Assembly: GCA_016709965.1 (NCBI GenBank)
Contig: JADJLT010000003.1
Location: forward strand, 48,005-112,004
Reading direction: 5' to 3'
Length of the DNA stretch: 64,000 nt
DNA from: Betaproteobacteria bacterium
GTDB lineage: Bacteria > Pseudomonadota > Gammaproteobacteria > Burkholderiales > Rhodocyclaceae
The translations under genes and the position numbers were made by a program. The notes beneath the pieces were generated by a model. That model worked only from the letters and a program-made list of their open reading frames with translations, was not told the DNA's origin and did not search any database. Of the stretch, positions 1-9,127 are shown one piece after another (within the stretch, counting starts at the first letter, position 1; each line of letters begins with the position of its first letter).

Positions 1-3000
1 CTACTATCAGGCTGCCTCCCTGTGTCAGGGCGCCAAGCGTGCCCGTAGCCGAGAATAGGTCCTGGGCGTTGGTGCCGCCGTTGCGCGTGAGCGTCAGCGT
101 CGCACCATTAAAATTGTTGGCGGCACTGAGTTCCGCGTCGGTGATGGTGACATCGGCATCGAGCACGACCGCCGCAGCATTCTCGGTATAAGTCGGCGTG
201 CCGTTGAGGTTGGAGAAGAACGGTGCATCATTGACCGGGGTGATGCTGACGGCCACCGTATCGGTGTCGGTCATCGTCATGTCGCTGGCGAGGGTGGCGA
301 TTTCGATAGCGCTGAGCGCGCGATTGTAAACGCGCGCTTCGTCGATCAGTCCTTGGAAGTTGAAGTTTGGCTGGCCATTCCCGTGGGTGCCGATGAAGGT
401 TGTGGTGCCCTGCGTGTAGCTGATCGAATCGGCCGTGCTGATCTGGGCGACCAGGGTGCCGTCGAGATACAAGGCCGTCGCATTGGCTGTGTCATTGAAG
501 CTAAATGCTACATGGTGCCAGCCAGTGCCGGCCAGGACGGTATTGTAGGAGGTGCCAACCCAGGTGATGCCGTTGTAATACCCGCCGATCATGGCTCCGC
601 CAGCATCGAGGCGCAGCAAAACATTGTCACCCAGAGAGATGACTTCGGCACCGGACGTATCGGCAGCGGTCAAGTTAACCCAGGCAGCAATGGTCACGTT
701 GGCTGGTGCGCCGAAAGTGCCGGTAATCTGCAGGTTGCTGTTGGCGGTGCCGTCCAGTGACACAACCTTGCCGCGCGTCCCGTCTACGACGCTCGTGGCT
801 CCGACCACAGCGGCCATGTTGCCGGCTGCCGGACTGCTGTCATTGCCCAGGAAGGCGCTGTCGAAGGTGTAATGGCCGAGGAGGCTGGTGTCAATGTCCA
901 GACTCAATAGTACGGCGTCCTTGGTTGCCAGAGTTAGCGTGGCGTTGCCGTTGTAGTTGGCGGTCGGGCTGTAGCTCAGGCCATTGAGCGCGGTATTGAT
1001 CGCGCTGGCGGTGCCGCGGAAGGTCATTGTCGCGTCGCTGCTGCCATCGCCGCTGACAAATGTCAGTCCGCCGGTGCTGGCCAGAGTCAGTGTGCCGTTG
1101 GTGACGCTGAGCGTAACTTGATTGTTTACTCCGCCGGCGTCTATATCCGTGATTGAGATCGCATTGCCGTTGGCAGAGGAAAATACCGTGGCGGTGTCCT
1201 CGTTGGTGCTTTGAGCACCCGGCACGCTGTTGACTGGTGGATCGTTAACCGCAGTCACGCTGACATCGACGACATCGGTGGCGCTGGAAAAGGCGGAGGA
1301 GCCGCCATTGGTCGAAGTCGTCACCTTGGTCCCGGCCGTGCCGCTGGTCTGATCCCAGGCGCGAAGAGTAAGGGCCGAAGAGGAAGAACCGTTGTAGTTG
1401 GCGGCCGGCGAGAAATACAGGCGCGTACTGGCGTTGTTGGCGAGCAGTAGCGACGAGGTGGCGTTGACTGTGCCGACAGTCGTCCAGTTGGTGCCACCGT
1501 TGGTGGTGTAGTACCAGCTGCCATTGGTCTCATTGCTGGCGACCAGGGCAATGCCATTCACGGCACCGCTATCCACATCGCTGATGCCGCCGGTGAAGGC
1601 GCTGAGCAGTGAGACGACTGCCCCGGATGGCACGCCGGCATCCTCAGCGACGGTCAGGGAAAGTGCGGTGTCGGCGAGAATTGGGGCGTCGTTGACGGCA
1701 GTGACATTGAAGGTAAAGGTGTTGGGTGTCGGATCGAGATCGACACCGCCATTGCTGGTGCCGCCGTCGTCCTGAACCTGGAAGGTGAAACTGGCATAGG
1801 CAGCGCCATTCGCATTCGCGACCGGCATGAAAACCAGCTTGCTGGCCGCGATGTCGGCGGCGGTGATCGTCTGGCCTGCGGTCACTGCCGCGCCGGATAG
1901 CGTCAGGCTGCCTGCCGTTGGCAGGGTCGAGATCTTTACAGCGAGAAGATTGTTGGCCGGACTGTCGCTAGGGTCTGAGAAGCCAAAATCTGCGGTGCTG
2001 AATATGTGGCTCGCATCCTCCAGAATCGTTTGCGTTTTGTTGGTGCCGCTTGGCGCGTTATTTGGCGCAACCGCAGTGACATTCTGCGCGAATTCGGAGG
2101 TGTCAGTAAAAGTTGTATAGCTGGCGTTGGCCTTGGTTGCAGTGGCGGAGACGTACTGGCCTGCCGCGACCGAGACCGATAATGTAGTATTGAACGTTGC
2201 GTTGCCGCTGCCGTTGGTGTTTACATTGGCGTAACCGAGATAGGTCCGACCTTCGCCGTATCCGGTGCCATCCGCCGACGAATTTGAGAAAAACTCGATG
2301 CGGTAGTAACCGGAGGCAGTGCTGTTGAGTGAGCCGGCAATGACAATCGTGCTGCCATTTGTCGTCGCGCCAATTAGCGCCGGGAAGTTCTGCAGGTTGT
2401 TGGCGCCGCTATCTGCGTCGCCAGCATCGTTGGTCGTGACCCCATTATTGCCGAGGTCTATCCCCAAACCCGTATTGCCGTAGATCGAATTCGTGAGAAT
2501 CTGGATGTTGCCCGGATCCGCCAAGACCGCAACACCCGCGCCCGTGTTGCCGGCGATGGTGTTGCCCTGGCTTGCGCCGGTGCCGCCAATAAGTACGTTG
2601 CTCGAACCGCCCGCCTCGAAGATGCCGGCGGTGGATGCTCCGCCGCCATTACCCAAGGTGACCGTCCCCGTGGCGTCCAGACCGATGATGTTGCCCTGGA
2701 TCGTGGCACCGTTGGCATACAGATAGATGCCACCTCTGGAAGCGCTCCAACTGGTGTTGGTGTTGCCAGAGATCACGTTGTTCAGGATGCTGGTGTTGGA
2801 AGCGGCATAGTCGATTACCACGCCGAAACCACCGTTTGACACCGCTGCCGTACCAGCCGCATTGGTGCCCAGGTAATTGCCCTGGATAATGTTGTTGGTG
2901 GTGGCGCCAGCTTGGGCTGAGACGATCACCCCGTACTGCGTATTGCCCGAGATGACGTTGCGAGCAGCAGCGGTAGCACCGCCAATGGTATTGCCTGAGG

Positions 3001-5521
3001 CGCCGGTATCAATCATTACGCCGGTTTCGCCATTGGCGATGGCGGCGGTGCCGGCAGCGTTGACGCCGATGTAGTTGCCGGCGACGGTGTTGCCGGTGGC
3101 TGATGCGCTGGTGATTTCGACGCCGGAAAGACCATTGCCGGAGATGATATTGCGCGAACCGGCGCTGGTGCCGCCCACGGTATTGTTTGCCGAGGCGAGA
3201 GCAATACCCAGCCCGGAATTGGCAATGGCTCCGGTGCCGGTCGCGTTGGTGCCGATGTAGTTGCCGAGGATGAGGTTGCCGGTGGCCCCCGCGCCACTGA
3301 CGTTGATACCGTCGAAGCTGTTGCCGGAGATGATGTTTCGGCTGGCGGCGGTGGTCCCGCCGATCGTATTGTTGGCGGAACTGGCGATGACGATACCGAA
3401 ACGGTTGGCAGCGGCTGCCGTACCGGCGGCATTGGTGCCGATATAGTTGCCCTCGATAAGGTTACCGCCACCGGTGATCATATAGATGCCGTAGTGGCCG
3501 AAATTTTCAATTACCAAGCCGCGCACGGTGCTGCCACCTACGGTAATGCTCAGACCATCCGCCGAATTCGGGGCATTGATGCCATTGATGACGATCAGCG
3601 GTGTGCCGGCATAGCCCGGCTGAGTCCAGCCGTCGATCACGACTGCATTGGTGATGCCGGGCAGGGCCGTTGCGCCGAGCGTGATCGTCTGCACGCCGCC
3701 ACCTGCGATATTGAAGGCGATGACATCCGCCCCGCCCGAGCCATTGGCGGTATTGTTTGCCGCAGTGATTGCTTCGCGCAGACTGATCTTTCCGTCGGCG
3801 CCCTTGTTGGCCATGAGGCTGGCAATACTGGTGACCGTGCCGTCGACCGTATCGCTCGCTGTGTCGACGTAAAGCGTGTTGATCGTGTCGTTGTCAGTAT
3901 TGCTCAGACTGATGTCGCTGGCATTTAGCCCGTTGTAGCTTGCGTCGGCGCTGCTCGCTGCAGCGGTGATGACACTGTAGGCGATGTTGCCATCGATAAA
4001 ACTGTCATCGACACCGGTCACGGTGACTGTTTGCGGTGTGCTCCAATTGGCTGTCGTGAAGGTCAGGCTGCTGGTTGACAGCGTACCTTCGCTGCTGTCG
4101 GAGGAGCTCAGGGCAATCGTGACATTCGCCGTTGGGGCCTTGTCGAGAACCACGTTAAAGGTGGCCGTGCCGCCGGCTTCGGTCGTGGTCAGTCCACTGG
4201 TGGGGGTGACGGTGATGCCAGCTGCAGTCTTCATTGACACCGCAGCGATTTCCCATTGCACTGATCCACTCAGATTGCTGCTCATCACGACGCTGGCGGC
4301 GCCTGCTTCAAGAGTGGCGCCGCCACCCATCGTGCTGTTGGTTTGCGACCAGTATGAAGTTTGCCCTGCACCGGGGGTAGCACTGGTGGCTGGACTGTTT
4401 CTCCAATACAAAACGTCTATGACCTGTTCACCGGCGGCACTGGATGCAGTCACTGAAGCGGTGGTGCCGGTCCCCGTTGCGCTGACGAAGGTGCCGAATG
4501 CAGTGCCTATGGTCTGGGCAACGCCATTGAACGTGCTTGCACCGCCAGCAGCGGCGGTTGTCCCTGAAAATGACGCCACCACATTGGCCGTTCCGACAGT
4601 GGGGTTGATCAGCGCCCAGAGTTCGACCGCATGATTGCCCGTGCCGCGACCGATCTGGGTAAGGGCGACACCGCCGTAGGTAACCGAGGAAGCCGGTGCG
4701 CCCAGTCCGTCGAGGGCGAGCTCGACAACCAGTACCCGGTTGCTGCCGGCGCTGACAGTGTGGGACCAGGTGAGGCTGGTGGCGCCGGTTGTCTGGGTGG
4801 ATGTGACGGTGCCATTGCTGGTGATGGCCAGCGTGCCAGCCCACTGGGTTGGTTCGGTAGTGCCAGCAACGCTCTGTGTTTCGATGCTGCCAAATTTGTA
4901 TTCGAACTGCCAGTTGCCGCCTTGCGCGGCATTGCCGGTCTTGTCCGAACTCGCGGCAACGTCAGCGCCGGTCAGTGCGCCCAGGCGGGCGACGAAGGCT
5001 TGTCCGTCAGCCGTGCTGGCAACATCGCAACCGTAGAGCAGGAGGTCGGCATTGCCATTGAGGGCCGTTTGCCAACCCTGGATTTGAGCGGCGCGAGTAG
5101 TCAGCATCGCACCGTCTAGCTGAGTCGTGCCCAGCTGCAGCGTGCCGGCGCTGCCGTGCGAGATGATGTGGATGGCGTCGAGGTCATCGCGGCTGGCCAG
5201 TGCTGCGCTAATCTGGTCGATACCGTCGCGGCTGGCATCGATCAGTACGACATCGAGTTTGTTTTTTCCGGCGGCAGCTTCGATATCGCTGACCAGGGTT
5301 TCCCAGTGGTCGACACTGGTGTCGACGAATACGATTCCGCGCCGAGCGGCCTCGATCTGGCTGCTTTCCGCCAGATTGCTGAGGTTTGCGTTGTTCGTCG
5401 GTGCAATCTGGCGAACCTCGGCGGTGTCGAGCAGATGGGCGCCGGTCAGGGTGGCGAGGTCAGCCGAGAAGAGAATGCGCGGTTCCAGTTCCTCGACAAC
5501 CGGCCGGTGGCGCCGACTCAT
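1..5521 (-). CDS. Giant secreted repeat protein: DUF4347-type N-terminal head, Ig/cadherin-like modules, right-handed beta-helix (PbH1) block, LamG-like lectin domain. The 3' end lies outside the window; more than 1840 aa are visible.
   Basis: The complement ATG at 5521 gives MSRRHRPVVEELEPRILFSADL, the LEPRILFSA signature of DUF4347 heads. The frame (first codon base = 1 mod 3) contains none of the listed minus ORFs and spot translations at several sites found no stop; it is absent from the ORF track, which fits a frame with no stop in the window. Hand translation shows GNYIGTNAAGTAA..NNTIGG..RNIISGN coils, VNDAP module junctions, and LLGHYTFDSAFLGND ... NVTIAAWVNL (LamG-like) near 300-900. 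Confidence 0.85.
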   Translation of the reverse strand, partial: MSRRHRPVVEELEPRILFSADLATLTGAHLLDTAEVRQIAPTNNANLSNLAESSQIEAARRGIVFVDTSVDHWETLVSDIEAAAGKNKLDVVLIDASRDGIDQISAALASRDDLDAIHIISHGSAGTLQLGTTQLDGAMLTTRAAQIQGWQTALNGNADLLLYGCDVASTADGQAFVARLGALTGADVAASSDKTGNAAQGGNWQFEYKFGSIETQSVAGTTEPTQWAGTLAITSNGTVTSTQTTGATSLTWSHTVSAGSNRVLVVELALDGLGAPASSVTYGGVALTQIGRGTGNHAVELWALINPTVGTANVVASFSGTTAAAGGASTFNGVAQTIGTAFGTFVSATGTGTTASVTASSAAGEQVIDVLYWRNSPATSATPGAGQTSYWSQTNSTMGGGATLEAGAASVVMSSNLSGSVQWEIAAVSMKTAAGITVTPTSGLTTTEAGGTATFNVVLDKAPTANVTIALSSSDSSEGTLSTSSLTFTTANWSTPQTVTVTGVDDSFIDGNIAYSVITAAASSADASYNGLNASDISLSNTDNDTINTLYVDTASDTVDGTVTSIASLMANKGADGKISLREAITAANNTANGSGGADVIAFNIAGGGVQTITLGATALPGITNAVVIDGWTQPGYAGTPLIVINGINAPNSADGLSITVGGSTVRGLVIENFGHYGIYMITGGGNLIEGNYIGTNAAGTAAAANRFGIVIASSANNTIGGTTAASRNIISGNSFDGINVSGAGATGNLILGNYIGTNATGTGAIANSGLGIALASANNTVGGTSAGSRNIISGNGLSGVEITSASATGNTVAGNYIGVNAAGTAAIANGETGVMIDTGASGNTIGGATAAARNVISGNTQYGVIVSAQAGATTNNIIQGNYLGTNAAGTAAVSNGGFGVVIDYAASNTSILNNVISGNTNTSWSASRGGIYLYANGATIQGNIIGLDATGTVTLGNGGGASTAGIFEAGGSSNVLIGGTGASQGNTIAGNTGAGVAVLADPGNIQILTNSIYGNTGLGIDLGNNGVTTNDAGDADSGANNLQNFPALIGATTNGSTIVIAGSLNSTASGYYRIEFFSNSSADGTGYGEGRTYLGYANVNTNGSGNATFNTTLSVSVAAGQYVSATATKANASYTTFTDTSEFAQNVTAVAPNNAPSGTNKTQTILEDASHIFSTADFGFSDPSDSPANNLLAVKISTLPTAGSLTLSGAAVTAGQTITAADIAASKLVFMPVANANGAAYASFTFQVQDDGGTSNGGVDLDPTPNTFTFNVTAVNDAPILADTALSLTVAEDAGVPSGAVVSLLSAFTGGISDVDSGAVNGIALVASNETNGSWYYTTNGGTNWTTVGTVNATSSLLLANNASTRLYFSPAANYNGSSSSALTLRAWDQTSGTAGTKVTTSTNGGSSAFSSATDVVDVSVTAVNDPPVNSVPGAQSTNEDTATVFSSANGNAISITDIDAGGVNNQVTLSVTNGTLTLASTGGLTFVSGDGSSDATMTFRGTASAINTALNGLSYSPTANYNGNATLTLATKDAVLLSLDIDTSLLGHYTFDSAFLGNDSSPAAGNMAAVVGATSVVDGTRGKVVSLDGTANSNLQITGTFGAPANVTIAAWVNLTAADTSGAEVISLGDNVLLRLDAGGAMIGGYYNGITWVGTSYNTVLAGTGWHHVAFSFNDTANATALYLDGTLVAQISTADSISYTQGTTTFIGTHGNGQPNFNFQGLIDEARVYNRALSAIEIATLASDMTMTDTDTVAVSITPVNDAPFFSNLNGTPTYTENAAAVVLDADVTITDAELSAANNFNGATLTLTRNGGTNAQDLFSATGTLGALTQGGSLIV
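2440..3660 (-). repeat. Coding tandem periodicity of about 186 bp (62 aa, two beta-helix coils) inside the giant protein
   Basis: Three consecutive plus-strand shadow ORFs (2877-3074, 3075-3260, 3261-3446) are 186-198 bp and have near-identical starts. The minus-frame translation repeats GNYIG(T/V)NA.GT...N..G..I....NNTIGG....RN.ISGN. Confidence 0.6.
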
Positions 5522-5603
5522 GCTGAGGCCCGTTTCTGCTGGTCAGCCCGGCGCTCGCCGTTGATCAGGGCGAGCGGCTTTGAGGCGCGTCGCTCTCCAT
5601 CGC

Positions 5604-6962
5604 TCACAGCAGGGTGCGCTCCTGAACAATCAGCCAGCGTCCGGCTTGCTTGCGCCAGAGCAGTGCCTTGTGGACGGTTTCGGTGAAATCTCCGGCCTGG
5701 TAGTGCTGCTCGAAGGTGGTCTTAACCTCGTTGGGCGTCGGGCTCGTGGTTTGGAGTTGCTCGATGCTCAGCGTGATCGGCTCGGGCCGTGCCAGGCGCT
5801 GCTGCCGTTCTTCGGCCCATACTTCCCGGCTGGGGTGGTGCGTTGGTTGGAAGTTGCCGGCATAAAAGGCGAGATAGCGCTCGACCTGTTTACTCGCCCA
5901 GGCTTTGCGCCATTGTTCGACCAGTTCACTGACGGCTTCGCCCGGCGACTTGCTGGTGGCCTTGGCGAGAGGTTTGCTGGCTGGCGGCGCCGATTTGAGC
6001 GCCGGCTTGGGGCTTGTATCGCTGGCCTTGGGCGGTGCAACAGCCGGGACGGAAATTTCCGGTTTTGGCTCTTTTTTCGGGTTGACCGCAGCAATGGCTG
6101 GCGAGGCTGCTGTCAGTGGTGGATTCGTCGCGCTGGCACTGATTTTTGCGAAATCAGCCTTGCAGCGCAGGCCGGCGGGTAGTGTGTGCGTCGGGTTGTC
6201 GAGGCGGAGCAGGGTGCGGAAGGTGTTGCTGGCCGGATCGATGACCTTGTCGACACGGGTGACCTGGGCGCGGACAGTGCCAGCCCCCGGCAGTTCGGGC
6301 TGAATGGAGGCGCTGTCGCCGGGTGCGATCTGGCCGTAGAGGCTGATGGGAACGACCACCTGAACACGCAGCGGGTCAATTTGTGCCACGCGCAGGATTG
6401 CTTTTTCCTCGACGCGTTCGCCCGGGGCCAGGTAGCGTTCGGTGACGACGCCGTCAAAGGGGCTGATGATCGAGCGCTGACTCAGCAGAGCGCGCGAGTA
6501 GTCCACTTCATTGCTGGCGACGCGGCGGTTTTCACGCGCTTGTTCCAATTTCTGGCGAGTAACTTCGGCATCGGCGCGGCTTTGGTCCAGGGCGTTGTGC
6601 GAAATGAAGTTCCGCTTGAACAGGTCTTCGTTGCGCGCCAGTTGCTGGGCAGAAAATCGGGCGGCGGCTTCGGCGGCGTGAACCTCGCCCTCCGCTTCTT
6701 GCCGCGCCTTGGCCAGAGCGACGGCTGCGCGCTCGGATTGCGCTTTGAGGACGGCCAGAACCTGGCCTTTCTTGACCATGTCGCCACGTTCGACGGGAAT
6801 GGATTCGATAATGCCCACGACCTGACTGCCGATATCAGCCGTCCGCTCGGCCTCAATCAGGCAGCCCAGCGGCTGCGCCGCGTGGGCGCTGCCGACAACC
6901 AAGGCGACAAGACCGAAAAGCTGCAGCGCTCGGCGACGCAGGTGGTCTGGTGGCGAAATCAT
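5604..6962 (-). CDS. Periplasmic adaptor (MFP/HlyD-RND adaptor family) fused through a Pro/Lys/Ala-rich linker to a C-terminal NTF2/SnoaL-like (Cds6-type) domain
   Basis: 452-aa ORF with a signal-like N-terminus, LQLFGLVALVVGSAHA. Adaptor motifs: GQVLAVL, coiled-coil segment, IISPFDGVVTERY, RVQVVVP. The linker is aa ~270-335. The C-terminal module reads WRKAWASKQVERYLAFYAGNF...GRWLIVQE. Confidence 0.8.
   Translation of the reverse strand: MISPPDHLRRRALQLFGLVALVVGSAHAAQPLGCLIEAERTADIGSQVVGIIESIPVERGDMVKKGQVLAVLKAQSERAAVALAKARQEAEGEVHAAEAAARFSAQQLARNEDLFKRNFISHNALDQSRADAEVTRQKLEQARENRRVASNEVDYSRALLSQRSIISPFDGVVTERYLAPGERVEEKAILRVAQIDPLRVQVVVPISLYGQIAPGDSASIQPELPGAGTVRAQVTRVDKVIDPASNTFRTLLRLDNPTHTLPAGLRCKADFAKISASATNPPLTAASPAIAAVNPKKEPKPEISVPAVAPPKASDTSPKPALKSAPPASKPLAKATSKSPGEAVSELVEQWRKAWASKQVERYLAFYAGNFQPTHHPSREVWAEERQQRLARPEPITLSIEQLQTTSPTPNEVKTTFEQHYQAGDFTETVHKALLWRKQAGRWLIVQERTLL
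6055..6095 (-). repeat. Dispersed CGGTCAAC/A-tract repeat, copy c5, in-frame inside the adaptor linker
   Basis: The minus strand reads ATTGCTGCGGTCAACCCGAAAAAAGAGCCAAAACCGGAAAT, nearly identical to intergenic copy c2. It is translated as IAAVNPKKEPKPEI. Confidence 0.8.
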
Positions 6963-7153
6963 GTGGTGAGTTTCATTTTGCTTGAGGTGACAGACACAAT
7001 TTTCAACGCGCCGGGTTATGTAGGCTGTCGAATATTTCCGAATTGAGACATATTTTACATTTTAAGTACACGCAAGCTGGGCGTCGTCTTAATTACGGCA
7101 AAAACGCCGCAGTCTTGAGTTTGCATGTCCATAGCAGGGTGAATCCTTAGCGT

Positions 7154-9127
7154 TCATTCTTGAGTCGCCGAAAAAGCCAGTTGTCGATTTTGCTGTTTTA
7201 TCTGCGCTAGCAGCCGTCGGCGCAACAGGGCGTCGTGACTTTCCCGCGCTCGTTGTGGCCAGGCAAAGAGCGCGGCCAGCAGGCGCGGTGAGTTGATCGG
7301 GCAGCGTCTGGCCAGCCAACGACGCAATCCGGCGGGCAGGGTGCTGCGCAACAGGTGGCTGTCGAGTGACAGCCAGGTTTCAACGCTGCCCGGATCGCCC
7401 TGCCGGGCGCATCGCCCGATCAGTTGCCGGTCGATGCGGCGAGCATCGTTGAGCTGGCAGTTGATGATGTGCAGGCCGCCACGTTCGGCTACTTCGGGCG
7501 CTAACAGAATATCAGTGCCGCGACCGGCCATGTTGGTTGCCACCGTGACCCGTCCGGCTTGGCCAGCGTGGGCGACGATGGCGGCCTCCTCGCTGTCGTT
7601 GCGGGCATTGAGCAGCAAGTGGGCAATGCCGGCTGCCTGCAAGTGCCGGGCGAGCGCTTCGGAGTCGAGGACAGATTCCGTGCCGATCAGCACCGGGCGC
7701 CCGGCGTCGATCATTTCCCGGATGCGGACGCAAACCGCTGGCCACAGGCTGGCGTGATCGGTAAACAGGCGCGGCGGCAGGGTCACGCGGGCCGATGGTC
7801 GGCGCAGCGGAACACGGCAAACGGCCAACCCGTAGGTGGCGAACAGCTCGTCCCGTGCCTCGTGCAGGGTGCCGCTCAATCCACCGAGGCGAACGTAACG
7901 CGGGAAGAAGCGTTGAAAACTGGTGGCGGTCAGCGGTGCCGCCGGCAAAGTGGGCGTGCAGCCCTCTTTCAATTCGACCAGTTGGTGCAGGCCTTGTGAC
8001 CAGGCGCGGCCCGGCGCCGTGCGTCCGGTGTTGAGGTCGATGATGTGCACGGCATTGTCGGCGACCAGGTAGTCACGATCGCGCTGCAGGGCATGCAGCG
8101 CGACGAGGGCGATGGTGACCATCGCCTCGCGATGCGTGCGGTTGTGCCAAGGCCGGCTCAGCCAGCCGGTGCCTTTTTCAATACGCTTTTTTCCTTGCGC
8201 CGTCAGCAAGGCATGCTCTGCCCGGGCGTCCAGTATGAAGTCCTCACCGCTCTTTAGGCCGCGGGCGAGGGCCAGTGATTCTTTGAAAAAAGCGTCTTTT
8301 TCCGGGTTGACCGCAGCATCCGACAAAATCAGTGGCACGCGGGCTTCATCGATCAGGATGCTGTCGGCTTCGTCGATGATGCCCAGACAGAAGCCGCGCA
8401 GGGTAGTCGGCCGCGCTTTGCCGAGCAGGCGGTCGGTGTGCCAGCGCAGGCCCTCGGCACCCGGCACCATGCGGTCACGCAGACTGTCAAAAACCAGCTC
8501 CTTGGCCGTCGCATACACGATGTCGGCGGCGTAGGCGATGCTTCGCTCGGCGGGCGTAGCCGCCTCGGTGATGTAGGCGACTGACAGCCCGAGCATCGCG
8601 TAAAGCGGGCTGAGCGCTTCGGCATCGCGGTGGACGAGGTAATCGTTGACCGTCATGACATGGACCGGCATGCCGGCCAGCGCACCGCAGGCCGCCGCCA
8701 GCGCGACTGTCAGGGTTTTCCCTTCGCCGGTGGCCATTTCCGCCAGGCTGCCGTCGAGCACGATGCGGGCACCGATCAGTTGCACATCAAAAGGTCGTCG
8801 TCCGAGGCATCGCTGGCTGCATTCGCCGAGGATGGCGAAGGCCTCGGCAAGTAGCGTTTCCGGTAGCGCGGAGTTGCGCAAACGTTGGCGGATGCGGCGT
8901 ATGCGTTCAGTCAGCGCTGCATCGTCAAGTGACTGAAGTGGCGCTTCAAACTGTCGAACCCTGGCCACAAACTGCGGAAAGGCAGCTTCGCTCCGGCGTC
9001 GGCTCAAGGGCACGGCAAGTTGTTGCAGCCAGCGCTCAAGGCGAGGCAGCTCGGACCATGGGCGACGATTTTCCGGGTATGGCCCCCAGACCGGTCCGGG
9101 GACTGGCAAGGGGAGAGATTTCATCAT
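7154..9127 (-). CDS. SecA-like DEAD-motor ATPase (NBD1, shortened preprotein-crosslinking domain, NBD2) lacking most of the helical scaffold, the wing domain and the C-terminal tail
   Basis: 657 aa. SecA signatures present: FDVQLIG, MATGEGKTL (Walker A), VMTVNDYLVHRD, IIDEADSILIDEARVPLILS, TNMAGRGTDI, GGLHII...RRIDRQLIGRCARQGDPGS. Only about 90 aa follow the last motif. The start overlaps the upstream stop (ATGA at 9124-9127). Confidence 0.85.
   Translation of the reverse strand: MMKSLPLPVPGPVWGPYPENRRPWSELPRLERWLQQLAVPLSRRRSEAAFPQFVARVRQFEAPLQSLDDAALTERIRRIRQRLRNSALPETLLAEAFAILGECSQRCLGRRPFDVQLIGARIVLDGSLAEMATGEGKTLTVALAAACGALAGMPVHVMTVNDYLVHRDAEALSPLYAMLGLSVAYITEAATPAERSIAYAADIVYATAKELVFDSLRDRMVPGAEGLRWHTDRLLGKARPTTLRGFCLGIIDEADSILIDEARVPLILSDAAVNPEKDAFFKESLALARGLKSGEDFILDARAEHALLTAQGKKRIEKGTGWLSRPWHNRTHREAMVTIALVALHALQRDRDYLVADNAVHIIDLNTGRTAPGRAWSQGLHQLVELKEGCTPTLPAAPLTATSFQRFFPRYVRLGGLSGTLHEARDELFATYGLAVCRVPLRRPSARVTLPPRLFTDHASLWPAVCVRIREMIDAGRPVLIGTESVLDSEALARHLQAAGIAHLLLNARNDSEEAAIVAHAGQAGRVTVATNMAGRGTDILLAPEVAERGGLHIINCQLNDARRIDRQLIGRCARQGDPGSVETWLSLDSHLLRSTLPAGLRRWLARRCPINSPRLLAALFAWPQRARESHDALLRRRLLAQIKQQNRQLAFSATQE
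8295..8318 (-). repeat. Dispersed CGGTCAAC/A-tract repeat, copy c6 (5' half only), in-frame in the SecA-like gene
   Basis: The minus strand reads TGCTGCGGTCAACCCGGAAAAAGA, encoding AAVNPEKD directly after the DEAD-box segment. Confidence 0.65.

Noticed and set aside
353-5119. About 25 short ORFs on both strands listed in the track inside 1-5521
   Set aside because: All lie in frames other than the continuous minus-strand frame that starts at 5521. Their products are low-complexity Ala/Pro/Arg-rich strings typical of off-frame translation of a GC-rich repeat gene.
6186-7046. 286-aa plus-strand ORF antisense to the adaptor gene, and the similar 5156-5686 and 5580-6182
   Set aside because: Shadow ORFs of a high-GC gene. 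They have no recognisable motifs, whereas the minus-strand product has clear adaptor and NTF2-like signatures.
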